The translations under genes and the position numbers were made by a program. The notes under the pieces are model-generated. The model was not told where the DNA came from and did not search any database. It saw only the letters and a program-made list of their open reading frames with translations. 64,000 nt of DNA, taken from positions 496,001 through 560,000 of the forward strand of contig OZ037837.1 in the NCBI GenBank assembly GCA_964035575.1, read 5' to 3'. This DNA is from Rhynchopus sp. YZ270_cl-10 (lineage: Eukaryota). The stretch's first letter is position 1. Every line of letters begins with the position of its first letter. This document shows, one piece after another, positions 1 to 12,915 of this stretch.

Positions 1-579
1 AGCAGGAGAAACCAAGAAAAACCAGGCTAAATTGACCCCAGATGCACCAAAACTATGATTTTTGATACAGAAAAAAAAAAATTCGAAAAATTCCCCCCAC
101 TTTTTTTACGTTTTTTTGTGCAGAACTGTCACCCGTTTTTTATTCGAGTTTTAAACGTTTAAAACGTTTAAAACGCGTTTTAAATAATTTAAAACGTTTA
201 AAACGTTTTAAACGTTTTAAACGTTTTAAACGCAAAATTAGGAACACTGAGACCCCCCCCGGATGACATCCGTTGAAAGTAAAAAAGAGGCTTCCCCAAG
301 TGTTTTTGTGTGTTGGCGGAGAAGAAAACAGTTTACAATAAAAGACTCCTGCGTCGGTTTTCTTTTTCACAACGCGGAGGGGAACTGTCAGGTTGCCACA
401 CATGTTCACACATTTTTTTAAGAACAAGTACATCAACGTGTCTCCCACGAGTTGGATGAAGAGGACGAACTGTCCGAGGTTGATGTTGAGCTTGAGCTGT
501 CGGAAGAGGAACCCCACTTTCCTCTTGGGTCTCATACAATACGTTTTCTTAAATTCTTGAAAAAATATTCTTGAACTTT

Positions 580-905
580 TATTTTTCCTTCCTTCAAAAC
601 TTCACACACAACGCTTTTGGTTTTTGGGAGACACACAAGGTGCCAGGTTCTATGATAAGCACGGAACCACCCTGCACCTGTTTGTCATATATATTGTTTC
701 CCGTGCAATACATGGAGAAACGTTTCGCACTCGAAACAAAGCTTTTTGATAAAAATTAGCGAGATACAAAAACCAGCGCGTGTGGAAGAAAAAAGGAGAG
801 GAAAATATTTTTTCTGATTCAAAGTGGTGTTTACGTTTTGGGTACGGGGCGGAGAATAAAATCTGTTCGATAAAAGAAACGCGAGCTTATTGTTTTATCT
901 TGTTC
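580..905 (+). repeat. Interspersed repeat family A, copy 1 (~280-330 bp)
   Basis: Core TTCCTTCAAAAC...GAGACACACAAGGTGCCAGGTTCTATG...GCACGGAACCACCCTGCACCTGTTTG recurs at ~31783-31940, ~40925-41185 and ~54930-55110, all in the same orientation. Confidence 0.85.
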
Positions 906-1246
906 AACAAAAAATAGAATCTGACTTCGGGATACAAGAATAATTAGAATACAAAAAGAAGACAAAAAAAAGAAAAAAAAACAACTTTTTTTCGTTTATC
1001 CGCACGCGTATTACGTCCATTTTTTACGGTGACCCCGATTAAGACCGCAGTTGACGTCTCACGTGGAGGTGATATACATAATGGATAGGATCTCAAACAC
1101 CACGTCTATCCTCAGAGACAATCTTCTGTACTTGGGGAGATTGACCCGAAAATATAAAGAGAAGACAGGGACGCACATTGTGCAGTGTTCTTCCACTCTG
1201 AGGAAGTACGCACAACTGTGTACCTGCACAGAAATATTCGCGCACG

Positions 1247-2315
1247 CAGGCCTTTTGCTAACTTTGGGATTTTCCCCCTGAATGGCATGATGGTCAAAAA
1301 AAAATAATTTCCTGGAAAAAAAGTACATTCCGAGCTTTCACACCTGGTAAAAGCGGTCGTCGCGCGCTTCGCGCGCGCCTCCCTGCCAGCCACAGGGTGG
1401 AGAGGCGAAGGGTCAGCTTTGCAAGATAACAAAAACGGAATCTAATCCTTTTTTACCGGTGCTTGGTCTTGCGCCTTACGTACACTAACCGTACAAAATC
1501 AATACGTCTTCCAGAAGCAGGGGCTGTTGCAACGGTTGGGTCACTTTGAAATAAGAATGGTCAAATTTTTGCAGCTTGGGTCAAGTGTCATTTCTGGCTG
1601 CAAAATGCAAGGGAATCCCCTTAGACATTGTAAAATGGCACCGTAGGCAGGAAGAAAATAGCGTACAGCGCGAGCGAAGCGAGCGGGAATTTTTTTTTGA
1701 GGTATACCTCCGCGAGCGCAGCGAGCAGAAAAATTTTAAGGTGCCATCATGCCATCATGCCATCATGCCATCATGCCATCATGCCATCATGCCATCATGC
1801 CATCATGCCATCATGCCATCATGCCATCATGCCATCATGCCATCATGCCATCATGCCATCATGCCATCATGCCATCATGCCATCATGCCATCATGCCATC
1901 ATGCCATCATGCCATCATGCCATCATGCCATCATGCCATCATGCCATCATGCCATCATGCCATCATGCCATCATGCCATCATGCCATCATGCCATCATGC
2001 CATCATGCCATCATGCCATCATGCCATCATGCCATCATGCCATCATGCCATCATGCCATCATGCCATCATGCCATCATGCCATCATGCCATCATGCCATC
2101 ATGCCATCATGCCATCATGCCATCATGCCATCATGCCATCATGCCATCATGCCATCATGCCATCATGCCATCATGCCATCATGCCATCTGGGGGGAAATC
2201 CCCAGGTGATGGAGAGCGAAAGCCCTGCCCCACCACCCCCCGTGGCATGATGGAAAAAAAAATAAAAAACGCCCAAAAACGTGGCATGATGGCATGATGG
2301 TTAGCAAAAGGCCTG
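1247..2315. mobile_element. Non-autonomous TIR DNA element carrying an 8-bp satellite
   Basis: Perfect 16-bp TIR CAGGCCTTTTGCTAAC (1247-1262) / GTTAGCAAAAGGCCTG (2300-2315). Flanked by the exact 9-bp direct repeat TCGCGCACG (1238-1246, 2316-2324). No transposase ORF. Confidence 0.9.
1743..2188 (+). repeat. Tandem repeat (GCCATCAT)x55
   Basis: Pure 8-bp array of 440 bp plus a partial unit. Confidence 0.97.
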
Positions 2316-2800
2316 TCGCGCACGAAAAAAAGTCAAAAAAAAAAAGAAAAAGAATTTTCATCATATGCAATCAATAAATTGATAGTATATGGTGAGGGAT
2401 CAACAAAAATGGTCCCATCTTTCTTTTTATGGTGTGTGTTTTGCAAAACGTAGAAAAGAAAAGTAAAATGCTTCGTGCACAAGTTGAAACTTCAGTAGAT
2501 TGGTTTCTGATATTAACCCTGTTTCAGTCCTAAGAATCATACAGTTGTATTCAAAAGGGTGGACATCTTCAGTGATTTCCCTTTAAATGGTGGGTGAATA
2601 TCGTGAAACCGATGTTCGTGTGAACATTTGGTACCTTCTACTTCAGTTTTTTGTTTCGGGAATACACAAAATACAAAAGTTTTTTTTTCTTTTTTCTTAT
2701 TCCTTTCTCTGTCCTTACTGGATGTAATGTCTGATCACCAGGAGGAAGAGTAACCTAAAGAGTCTTGGTCTTGATGGCTGCCGAGAAAAAGAAAAAAGAT

Positions 2801-2893
2801 ACATTGGTGTGGCTGAATGGGGGGGAAAGTGCGGAAATGTGCACAAAAAAAGTGCGGAAAAAGTGCGAATCACCCTTCAGCCATATCATACGT
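2801..2893. mobile_element. Degenerate mini-MITE (TGGTGTGGCTGAA TIR family)
   Basis: TGGTGTGGCTGAA (2805-2817) ... TTCAGCCATATCA (2876-2888). Same TIR as the element at 12817-12915. Confidence 0.55.
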
Positions 2894-2922
2894 AACGTCT
2901 TATGGACACTTTTGTCGCAGGT

Positions 2923-5900
2923 CTAAAGCTTCATATCCAATGTCCCATACTTCCCAGTCGAAGCTGGCAGCCTCACGGACCTTTCATCCTGGGAGCGTGG
3001 GGTCGGTATGTACGACACCTCCGCCTTGGGGAGGTCCCATCCATTCATTTCGCTCCTGCGCGAGCTTCCTAACGGGTTACGTGGTGACACAGGGGCCGAT
3101 ATGCACATCGCCCCTAGGTCACTCGTTGTTGGAAGCAATCTGAGCCCCGAGTTCGTCCCCGAGGGAGGCCCCTGTGTCGGAAGATGTGTCTCATAATATT
3201 TTAAAAAAACTTTTTGACGAAAAAGACAAGAACCCCTATAGTACAACATACCGCAATAGCTCTACAGAAGGACTTTTGAATAACTTGCGCGGTGTGTTCC
3301 TCGAAGAAGGATTCGCCACGTTCCGGCCCGTACTCCTCGTCCTCCTGTATTCATGTGTTGAATTATTTTGTACGAAGACGGTGAATCAAATAAAAAGGAA
3401 TAACAAACAAAGCCGAAGACGTCCACACATACCTCGTCGTACTCATCGAGATCTGTTAGGATAAGGCGTATGGCCTGCCGCCTTCTCGTCGCTGTGTCAA
3501 CAAACCCGTTTGCATATTCAGGAAATTCATCAAGAATAGACTTAAACTTCAGTGCAGGGAGAAAGTACAGCTCGCAGTAGCTTAACAGTCTGCAGTCCGC
3601 CGGCTGCGGCACTCCCAACAAACATGAGATCTCACCCCAATACCCACCTTCATGCACCGTCTCCACCGCCTCACCATCAATGCTAGTGAATGCGCATCCT
3701 TTGTAGAAAAAATAAATACCGGTTTCCATCGGGGTAAATGGATCACCGCGTTCCAGTAGAAGTTCTCCTGGGGATCCTACCCTTAGAACCAAAGAGGAAA
3801 TGAGTCTTGTGAGAAATTGTGGGTTTCGTGCGTTGTGGAGGACATCGATTTTGTCGAAAGCTTTGAGGTTGGAGAAGAAGGTGAGTTCCGCGACGAGCTC
3901 GGCAGGGAGCTCTTCTTTTAGGTTTTCAAACTGGCCTTCGTAGACCTGTTGTGTCTTTGACCACAGCATGCGGTGGTAGCGGAGAATGTCAGCTGTGGTC
4001 TTTTCATCAAGACGACGATGTTCTGCAACGGCCACAACAGCGTCCAGGCGTTGCAGGAAGACTTCGTTGTGTGTCATCTTCATCGTGCTTTGTAAATACG
4101 CAATCACCGTTGCGAAAATCGCAATCCCCAGCACCACATTCACAATACACAATAAGTGCTGTTTGTCCGTCTCCGGCCACCCCTGCCCATACCCTGCAAA
4201 CCCCCGCAAAGCCCAATGCAAATGAATGGTTGCTCTCTCAAACGTTCTGGTTCCGTCATAATCACAGTCAAAATACTTTGAAATGCAACTCGCGTACGTC
4301 TTCCCACGATAAGGGACTGACAAATCACAGTCGGTATCTCCCTTCGCTGTGCCCCACATGCACCCCATCCAGTACAATATGAATGCGAGCAACAGCATGT
4401 TGTACATCAACTTCACCGCAACCGGGTGGATGTCTTCTGCGTATGTCTCTTGTATCGCAATGACCTGAGAAGGAATACGGAAGATATTAATTAAACGGTT
4501 CACCCTGACCCATGGGTGCTGTGCGTATATACGGGGGTTGAAGGGCACCCAGAAGAGCTCCCAAGGAAGGCATGCTATGATGTCCGGGGCAAGCCAGGAA
4601 GAGACGTACATGGCAGCGATGTCGGTCATATTGGTCACTTTGATGCCTCGGTTCGTGGTGACTGGCTCGTAGAAGTTGAGGATGACGTCCCCGATGTGCG
4701 CGACGTCGCAAATCGCACCTAAGATTACAAAAATAATAACTGCTGTGGTGTAGTCGTCGTTTGGGTAGAATGCGCGAGCTGGGGTGATTGTGCATTCAAA
4801 AAAGATGGCGGCTAAGCGGAAGAGGTTCCAGGCTTCAGCGACACGGTGACGCATGACAGAGAGGCCGCGGCTGGAGGTTGTTTCATTATTCTTGCCGTGA
4901 AACCCTAGGTTGATACGGATCTGTTCTCGATCCCGCAAGGCCCGTGCCACGACCTGAGGACTGCAATTTGATGCAAATACCGACGACGCCGGGGTCGCCC
5001 TCGCCTTCACCTTCAGTGTTTTCCTCCCGCTCATCATCCTGGCAGAGTGCGACAAAGGATTTGGAATACTCACATTCACATTCAAAGTAGGGTTGTCCGG
5101 CGTCGCGATAAATGCCCCTCCCAACGGAAGATGCGTCGTAACAAACTGTGCCCCCGCACGGTTCACTTGAAGTACCAAAGGGTCATCTGAAGACCGCGCC
5201 CCGCTCTCCTCCTCAAGAAACGCAGCGCAGCAAGCATTGTAGAGGATCTGTGCCCAAGCGTCCGACTCATCCAGGTCGCTGTACTGCTGCAGCAGGTCTC
5301 TCGCAGACGCCCAGCAGCGGTCGGAAACGTAACCCATTGCACGGAGGTACATCGGGTTCACATCGTCACTCAGGTGGACCAAGCCCTGTGAAGCTATCTT
5401 TGCAGGCAGCACGAAGACTGAGTCGTATGAGATAGGGCGCCATTGTGGTCTGGCTTCGGCCGCGATTCTTGTGGAAGTGTTGTCACCATTTCCATTGCGT
5501 AGAGAGCTCATTGAGGAGAACCGTGCGTGCGTAGGAGGGGCGCCTGCCGCAGAACTGATCGATTCTTGCCGGACAACACCACGGCGTGCGCGCTTTGTCT
5601 CTCCGGTAGCGGCGACGATGTCTGAGGTGTGCAATGCATTCGCTCGTTGTGCGGTCACCAGATCTGCGTCGGCAACTACACGAAGTTTGTGTAAATGCGC
5701 AACCACTGCAAGACACTCTGCACGTACACGAACAGTAGAATGCGCGAGCTCTTCTCCACGGTGCTCGACACATACCCCTTCGCCTTTGCAGAGTCCGATG
5801 CCGAAGCTCCATTTGTCAAATACCTTGACCAGCGTCACAGCACACCCAAGGCAGTCCGAGAGAGACGCCCCGACGCACCACCGTGCAACAAAACGATCCG

Positions 5901-7284
5901 AATTAACCGATTCCACAACGCCATTTGCCCGCTCGACTGCCATAGAGAAGCAGGCAATGCCCTCTCGGAACTTCCGTGTCTCGACTTCATCAATGTGAAA
6001 TACGAGGAACACAAACACTCTGGTTTGTGATACCGCCACTCTGGTGTGCCCTTTTGTAAATTTCTTCGCACGACGGAGCTCATCCTCTGACACCGGGAAG
6101 GTGTCCAACGCAAGACTGCAACGATACTCCGCAGAATCCCTTGGGGACACCCGAGCAATCCGCTGTTTCATACAGGTCAACGTCTTGGCGCTTTCGGCAC
6201 GATCCATACCCTCAAGAATCTCTGCCCCCGTTGCGATCTCTCCAGCCTGAAGGTGCAACCAAAGCACCGCAAGGTCCGCGTCAATCCCGCTGCCTTCTTC
6301 CACTGCATAAATCGGGATGCACTCCGTTTCGTTGGTACCGCCAAATTGGATGTAGTCCACCTGAAAGAATTGGTAGTCCGAAGCATGCTCGTCGAGCTTG
6401 TCGCAGGCAATGAGAAGGGTGACGTGAAAGGGGGTGCACGCATCGGCAAGCTTCTCCGCAACGTTCGCAGCGCCGCATGTTGTGACAGACCACGATTGCA
6501 TGTCAGTTCCGATACGACCTTTTAGGACAGTACCCCGTCGGACTCCTGCCGTCAGATTTAAAGAAAAGATCGATTTTGGTGAGTTTTGCACATTATCGTC
6601 CAACGAAACAACTGAAAGACCTCCACGCGGACTGCTTTCATCCTTAAGCCGCACGCTGTAGTACGCAGCTCTGAGGGCCTCAGACACGCTGTTGCGGGAG
6701 GCAAATGAGATGAAGAGAACTGATCCGTTGCACATATCGATTCTGCCGTTGTTAACCTGCGCGAGTTGCGAGATCGCAGACAGTTTCGCACAAAACGCAC
6801 GAGACAACCCACCCACATCAAAATCCTCCCGAACGACGTCATGCGCAAACCCTTTTATCGCCACCACCGTTTCTATCGCACTGTAAAGCGACCTAAATTT
6901 GCTGTCCGACACACGCCGTTCTGAGGCGCTAAAACGACGATGATGGGTATGACGACGGGTGCTCCTCTCCCCTACAGTCTCCATTAACGTGTCAACCTGC
7001 TGCGGTTGAACCTCATTTCCAGAATTTTCCGAATTTTTCCGAAACCTGGAGCCTATATGATGTGTCAACACCGAACCTACAACAACCATCACAAAGGTCA
7101 CAACCCCCATGGTCCATGAAGGGGCTCCTGTTGACACCATAAAATAGCATCCCAGTCCTGTTAGTGATGTTGTCATGGCGGAGATGGCGGCAAGCAGCAG
7201 CTGCGTCGTCGAGTCATCGTATGCGACCTGCTCTTTCTTGCGCTCCACCTCTGTGAACAAAAAAGAGTCGCTTGGTTGAAGCAT
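2923..7284 (-). CDS. Fusion of two degenerate class III nucleotide-cyclase-like domains with a cyclic-nucleotide-gated/EAG-type ion channel (TM + pseudo-cyclase x2 + ion-transport + cNMP-binding + IQ-like). Predicted exons 7284-3433, 3344-3252, 3171-2923
   Basis: 1340-aa ORF with channel motifs (YVSSWLAPDIIACLPWE, RVNRLINIFRI, pore HWALRGFAGYGQGWP) and a cNMP domain (PGELLLERGD...GGYWGEISCLLG...CELYFL). Cyclase-like segments include AIKGF...NGRIDMCNG...AGVRRG...GAANVAEKL. Two phase-0 GTATGT...CAG introns (3345-3432, 3172-3251) restore a continuous frame containing TAQVIQKSFCRAIA and ending at TAG 2923. Confidence 0.88.
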
Positions 7285-8102
7285 GGTGTTTGATTGCTTT
7301 TTTTAAAACCAAAGATAATGTCTGAAACTACGAGATGGATCTGGTCTTCTCGTCTTTTTGGATCTTTAATTTTAAAAAAAAATTATTGTTAAAAAAACCC
7401 CCCAAATGAAGCTGGGGAGGGTTGAGAGAATGGAGAGCCAGAAAGAGAGAGGAGAAAAACAGAGACCTAGCGTCCACACATTTCCTCTTTTTATAAAATT
7501 TGATAAATTGGTTCGAGTAGTGTAGTTGCCTCAGGTTGTGTTGCCACAGTTGGTGCAATCTCCACTTTTTTTTAAAATTATTTCAGCAAGCCACAGTTTG
7601 CATCAGCGAGAGAGAGAGTTCTGTCGTGGGGAAGGAGGGGGAGGGGGAGGGGGTGAAATGAAGGGGGATGAATGTTAGGGGTATAATAAGAAACAGAAGG
7701 CAGGTTGAGCGTCAAGCTGAGAATGGTTTCCGCAACATAGTGTGAAGAGTGGGTGGGTGGGTGGGAGGAGGAAGAAAAAAAAATGGGTTTTGTGTGTTGT
7801 GTGTGGCAGTCTGTGTTTTGAGTGATGCGTTTTTATATTTACAAAAGATTAAGAACAGTTTATAAGATCCTAAGCCTCTCGTGCTGAGCTGCACCCTTAT
7901 TGGGCTGAATCCACTGGCAGAGATTAATAAGTTGAAAAATGCGTACCTAATGTCCACCTCAGACACCACAGAGGAACAAGATGGAAGGGCTTGAAGGAAG
8001 GCCTTGACAGAGTGGGTTGAAAAATAGAAAAGAAATCCCCACCTTTATTTTTCCCTCAGAGAAACAAAGATCTAAAAAAAAAAAGTTTTTTTTTGGGTGG
8101 GA

Positions 8103-8799
8103 CAGGGTTTCCGCCAGGATTTGGGGTTTCAGGAATTGGGGGGGACCATCAAAAAGACCCCCCAAAAAAATTTTTTCTCCCCGCAAAAGCGGTCGTCGCG
8201 CGCTTCGCGCGCGCCTCCCTGCAGGCCACAGAGTGGAGAGGCGAAGGGTGCACCAGGTTTGATAGCAGCCATGTCAAGCTTCACAGCTGTGTGTCTGGTA
8301 GAGGTGGTTTGTTTGGAGGTCGGGGGTGGAAGCTTAACAAGGTAAGGGGTCCTGTGAGAGTGGAGGGTGATGGTGTTTGCTTTTTCTATTGTATGGTGCT
8401 ACAGTCATTACAGTGCTGCAGTGGGAACATGTAATAACTACCCGTCCCTTGCACCGAAGCCTCCTTAGAAAAAGGGGCAATGCACGGAAGTATCGATGGA
8501 AGTATATCAATATCACATAGCTAGCAACACAGCGCCGCAGGCGCACGGTACGCTACTTTTACCCTTTTTTAAAAAGATTGCACCACCCCCTTTTTCTTCC
8601 ACTTCTTCTGGCACAGCGAGCCAAATGCTCTGCACGGTGGGGTCGCATGACCACGGGGGATCATCTACAACCTCCAAAACCCCATTTTTCTTGGGGGGGG
8701 CCATGGTCCCCCCCAAACCCCTGTAAAAATCCGGATTTTTCTGGGAAAAATATTGGGGGGGTCCATGGTCCCCCCCGGTCCCCCTTGGCGGAAACCCTG
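8103..8799. mobile_element. Non-autonomous TIR element (CAGGG termini)
   Basis: 14-bp TIR CAGGGTTTCCGCCA (8103-8116) / TGGCGGAAACCCTG (8786-8799), with TGGGA on both flanks. Internal block 8185-8250 is nearly identical to 1349-1415 in the element at 1247-2315. Confidence 0.75.
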
Positions 8800-10733
8800 T
8801 GGGAGGCTGGGCTGTGCCCAGACCATCATTGTTTGGAGACTGCTGCGCGGTTTTGCTCAGAGTAACATCGATGGTCGACCCGCGTGCGCATGGTATGACG
8901 CTTTCGGCACCAATGAAGGAACCTACTCACAGGGTGCCATTACCATCGTTGATAGAGCACAGGTCTTGATGTAAGATGTTTGACCCACAGCCAACGCTAT
9001 GACATTACGATCACGAAAAACCGTGGCACCTTACAACCAAAGGGTGCCATTACCATCGTTGATAGAACACAGGTCTTGGGTTTTCACTATTAAAAAAAAG
9101 AGAAGTTGAAATTGCAAACGCCTCACCGTTCATCAGCGGATGCAGGAACAAAAAAAAAAACAATAAAAAAACCCCGTTGGTCTTTCGTTGGTACGCTACC
9201 CGCGTAATACACAATTTTTATGATTTCTTTTTTGCTGGATTTTTTCGTAATGGAGTGTAGCCGCCACAGTGAAAAAGCAACAACAAAAAAAAAACATACG
9301 TCAGATGTCTGTACCTTATGTATAGTCTCATCTAAAATCATTTGCTCCTCCCCCTCCCCCTTTTTTTCCTTTTAATCTATGATATGTGACAGAACCGTCT
9401 TGCTCAGCAAGTTTTCTTCCTTTCATGTTCCCCCCCCCCCCCCCCCCAGTTTACACCTGAGGACGGGCTCCACTATATCCCAAACAATTTTTGTTTTTTT
9501 TTTTTTTTTGAAAACTTGGTTTGTATTTGCTTTTTTTTGTCTTTTTTTTGATAAATCTGTTGGTGTACCATGCAGGCTGGTCTTCGCTACATTTTATTTT
9601 TTATTTGATAAATTGTTGGAGTAGTGTAGTTGCCTCGGTTGTGTTGCCACAGTTGTGCAATCTCCACTGTCTGTATTTTTTTTTTGTCGACAATCACTCA
9701 CTCTGAGACTCAAATGTTTGTCGCCCTTGCACTCAATGTTGGCCGAAGATCCTTTGCTACTTTTTTCCAAAAAAAAATATATATATATATCTGGCACACG
9801 GTTCCTCCACCACCATCACCACCACCACCAGATGGCTTTGTCACAAAACCCTCCCTCCTTATCCTCCACTTCTCCTCTCTCTTCACCGTCTTTTTAAAAA
9901 AAGCAAATAACGTCATTTGCATTGGTGTGATCAAAGAACCCAAATTCCTTGCACTTCTCCTGCACTCTGTCTGGTTCCGACCACCCCCATTGCATAACTC
10001 CTTTATATTACTTGAGGACTTTTCTCTTAGCAATGTAGTCGTTTCCACAACGGTCTTCTTTCTATTACTCCAGTACTGTCCATACTTTTTTCTTGTTTCA
10101 TCTTTTCTTTCCTTACTTCAAAAACTCTCTCTTTTTTAAGTTGGATAAAAGGCTCCTGCGTCGGTTTTCTCTTTCATCTTATAATATAGTAGTCGTGGGC
10201 ACCCCCCAAAGGGCGCATACTCCACTAATTTATCTTTCTTTTCTTTTTTGAAAACTTTTTTTTTTTACCATTCCTTTTTAGGGAACGCAGCATGCACGGT
10301 TTTTGAAGCTCCAAGAAAAATGGGGTCGGCGGGCTTAATAGGAAGTTTTTCTTTCTAAACGTGCACACACAACTGGCAAAAAAAAAAGGGGAGGTGTCGT
10401 CACTCACCTATATCATCATTGAAATACCATTGCTTACCAATGGTACACTCCAATACTGTTGCCCCGTATTTTTTCTGTCCTATTCGACTCGGCAGATTTT
10501 TTTGCTTTTTTTTTTTGGTAGGCTGTACATTTCTGTGTTCGTAGGCATGCTTCTGTTGCCCCTTTTTATTTTTATTTTCCTTCTCTTTTTTTTTCTCTGT
10601 TTTTTTTTATTTTTCCGGAGACGGCACAGCTCCTATACCATACATCACCTGAGGGGTTAAAAAGAGATGAACGCCCTGCAACGGGTTTTGCTCTGCTCTT
10701 ACCTCTTGCTTCTTGCTTCTTTTGCTTCACTTC

Positions 10734-12754
10734 TCAGAAAGCATCTTCATCATCGCTTTGTTCGGCACGGGGCTTCTTTCCCGCAATCGTTCCGGTGCTC
10801 TGTGTGTTTAGATGTCGTTGATACGGAAAATTTGTGGCAACACAACCGAGGCAACTACACTGCTCCAACAATGTATCAAGATAATAATAAAAAAACCTCC
10901 CTTTTCATCTTTTTGTTTAATTGATGCGCCACTCTATTTTCCTCCTTTTTGATATGTCAGCATCTACGAACCCCCAAGAAGGTAAGGTAGGGTATTTATA
11001 TCCATTTTCAATTTTTAAATATCGCCAGATCCGACCGACTCAGACACCCAGTACACCACGTCGTTTTTAGGCCCCAGTCTACCGGAGAATCATGTCAGAT
11101 ATGCTCTGAAGATGGAAACCCGGGCACCCAGATACTTGCCATTTACGAGTAATATCCAGGGTTTCCCAAAAAAAAAAACAAGTAATTGCTATCAGAAAAA
11201 AAACGGGATGTGCTGTGGTTATGGGGGGACCCACACTCTTGAACACTGGCCTGTAGGAATAATCTACACTCTGCTCTTCTGCAGGTATGCGAAAACACTG
11301 CCAGAACCACTGGGACGCCTGCACTTGAAACGTTCAAGAAGGGGGGCTGTCATCCTCAGACCCCTCTTCGTCCAGCACCATTTGCTCGATCGATGGTCGG
11401 CGTGTTCCAGCTCGTTGTCGTAGCCTCCCACTCATCGTCGTTGCCGGAGGAGGAGTGCGCAAGGAACACAGACGACTAATTGTGGTCGATCACACCATGC
11501 GCATCAGCACCACCCAGCAAAGCGCCAGGCTGCTATGTTGGTTTCAAAAACCGCGCGGAGTTTCCCACAGCACACCTCGTTTTTTTTCTTAGCAATTCCT
11601 TGTTTTATTGTTGTTGTTGTTGCAACACACCTTCCTTCAACCCTTGTAGGATCAGTTGTCATTTTTTTCTAGAAAACTTGAAATTACACATTTCAAGAGA
11701 ACAAATTAAAAAGGGTCCTTATTTGCATTTTTGGGCTCCGCCCGTGCAGTGGTGGGGTCAATCTCGAAAATTGGACAATTTTTTGACCACTTAAATTTTG
11801 AGAAATATGAGCCCGGTTGCTTATACGTGGGGCCCATTTTTGGCCAAAATTTTCCTCAAAATCCGGGTTTGTAATATTGACCCTTTACTCCCCCCCCCAC
11901 ATCGATTTCAATACTATACCTTACTTCACCTACGGTTACCCTTACAGGGGGGGTGAAGGAAGGTAAGTTGAAAATGAAATATCTCCCCTTTCTTTATTCG
12001 TTGCTTATTGTTTGTTGATCGCATCCAGTAGTTCTTCCAAGAAGGACGTCTTTCATTTCCAGACGTATTGCATAATCGTACAAAAGAAAAACGTATAAAA
12101 ACTGACTACAAACCACACTAATGACTAACCCCTCACAATTTTTTCATTTCCCCAACATACCTGCTGCTCGATCTTACGCATGGCACGTTCTCTGCCTTGG
12201 CGGGGTCCGCTCACGGTGTACCGCTGAAGACGCTCGATTTCCGCACGAGCATGCTTGTCCAGCCCTGCGAGGGGGTCTTCAGCATCGTCGTTGGCGTCAC
12301 CCGCTTCGTCCTCACTCTCGGCACGCTTGCGCTTCTTGCCGGCCTCCTTCTCGCCCTTGGCGCCTTCCTCTTCTTCTCCTTCGTCGTCCTCTTCGGACTC
12401 CTCATCCTCATCCTCCTCCTCGCTCTCCTCTGGGACGAAGTCGTCGCTTTCGTCATCGTCGCTGGAATCGTCTCCAGCTTTTGCGTCTTTTGCTTTGAGC
12501 ACAACCTTCTTGGCCTTCTTGGCGGAGGAAGAGGACGACGACGATGACGAGGAGGAGGAGCTGTCGGCCTCCTCCGCATGGATCTCCTGCAGGAGCGCCT
12601 TCACCATCGCCTTGTCCAGGGCGCCTTCTGCGGAGTAGGCGGGGAGGGCGCGCAGCTTTTCCATGGCAATGCTGAGCTTGATGGACTCATTGCCAGCCAT
12701 CGAAAGGTAGATGGTGCGAAGCGCAGCCTTAAGGGCACTACGGTCGACAGGCAT
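10734..12754 (-). CDS. Acidic nuclear protein with N-terminal DEK-C-like helix bundle and CHZ-like motif (HIRIP3/Chz1-like histone chaperone candidate). Predicted exons 12754-12161 and 10799-10734
   Basis: The ORF has an N-terminal helical domain (LKAALRTIY...VKALLQEI), a Ser/Asp/Glu-rich linker, an NLS-like KKRKR, and GLDKHARAEIERLQRYTVSGPRQGR. A GTATGT donor at 12160 and CAG acceptor at 10800 give an in-frame last exon STGTIAGKKPRAEQSDDEDAF*. Family assignment is by resemblance only. Confidence 0.7.
10970..11975 (+). mobile_element. Interspersed ~0.8-1 kb element, copy 1 (inside the 1.36-kb intron of the DEK-C-like gene)
   Basis: 11180-11975 matches 21722-22530 in inverted orientation (e.g. 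GGGTCCTTATTTGCATTTTTGGGCTCCGCCCGTGCAGTGGTGGGGTCAATCTCG). Ends are approximate. Confidence 0.75.
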
Positions 12755-12816
12755 ATTTACTTTTTTGTGGTGTTTTTCTGTAGTATTGAGGTGCTCTATA
12801 CTATTTATATTGTGGT

Positions 12817-12915
12817 ACGTTTGGTGTGGCTGAACCCAAAAAAAAGGGTATTATTTAGCAGTTTGTTAGCATTTTTTTATCAGTGAAATTTGCAGGTTTC
12901 AGCCACACCAAACGT
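12817..12915. mobile_element. 99-bp MITE
   Basis: Perfect 18-bp TIR ACGTTTGGTGTGGCTGAA / TTCAGCCACACCAAACGT. Confidence 0.75.

Noticed and set aside
148..236. AAACGTTT tandem and the KRFKR ORF
   Set aside because: Degenerate palindromic microrepeat, probably the subterminal region of an element cut by the window edge. The ORF is spurious.
1576..2297. ORFs of MPSCHHAI repeats
   Set aside because: They are open in all three forward frames only because the 8-bp satellite has no stop codon on that strand.
3262..3432. Unspliced C-terminus VCVDVFGF...SKVLL of the channel ORF
   Set aside because: Better explained as intron read-through. The spliced model gives an acidic/IQ-like exon and a further exon.
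8931..9078. 38-bp direct repeat AGGGTGCCATTACCATCGTTGATAGA.CACAGGTCTTG
   Set aside because: Only two copies ~110 bp apart. A simple local duplication.
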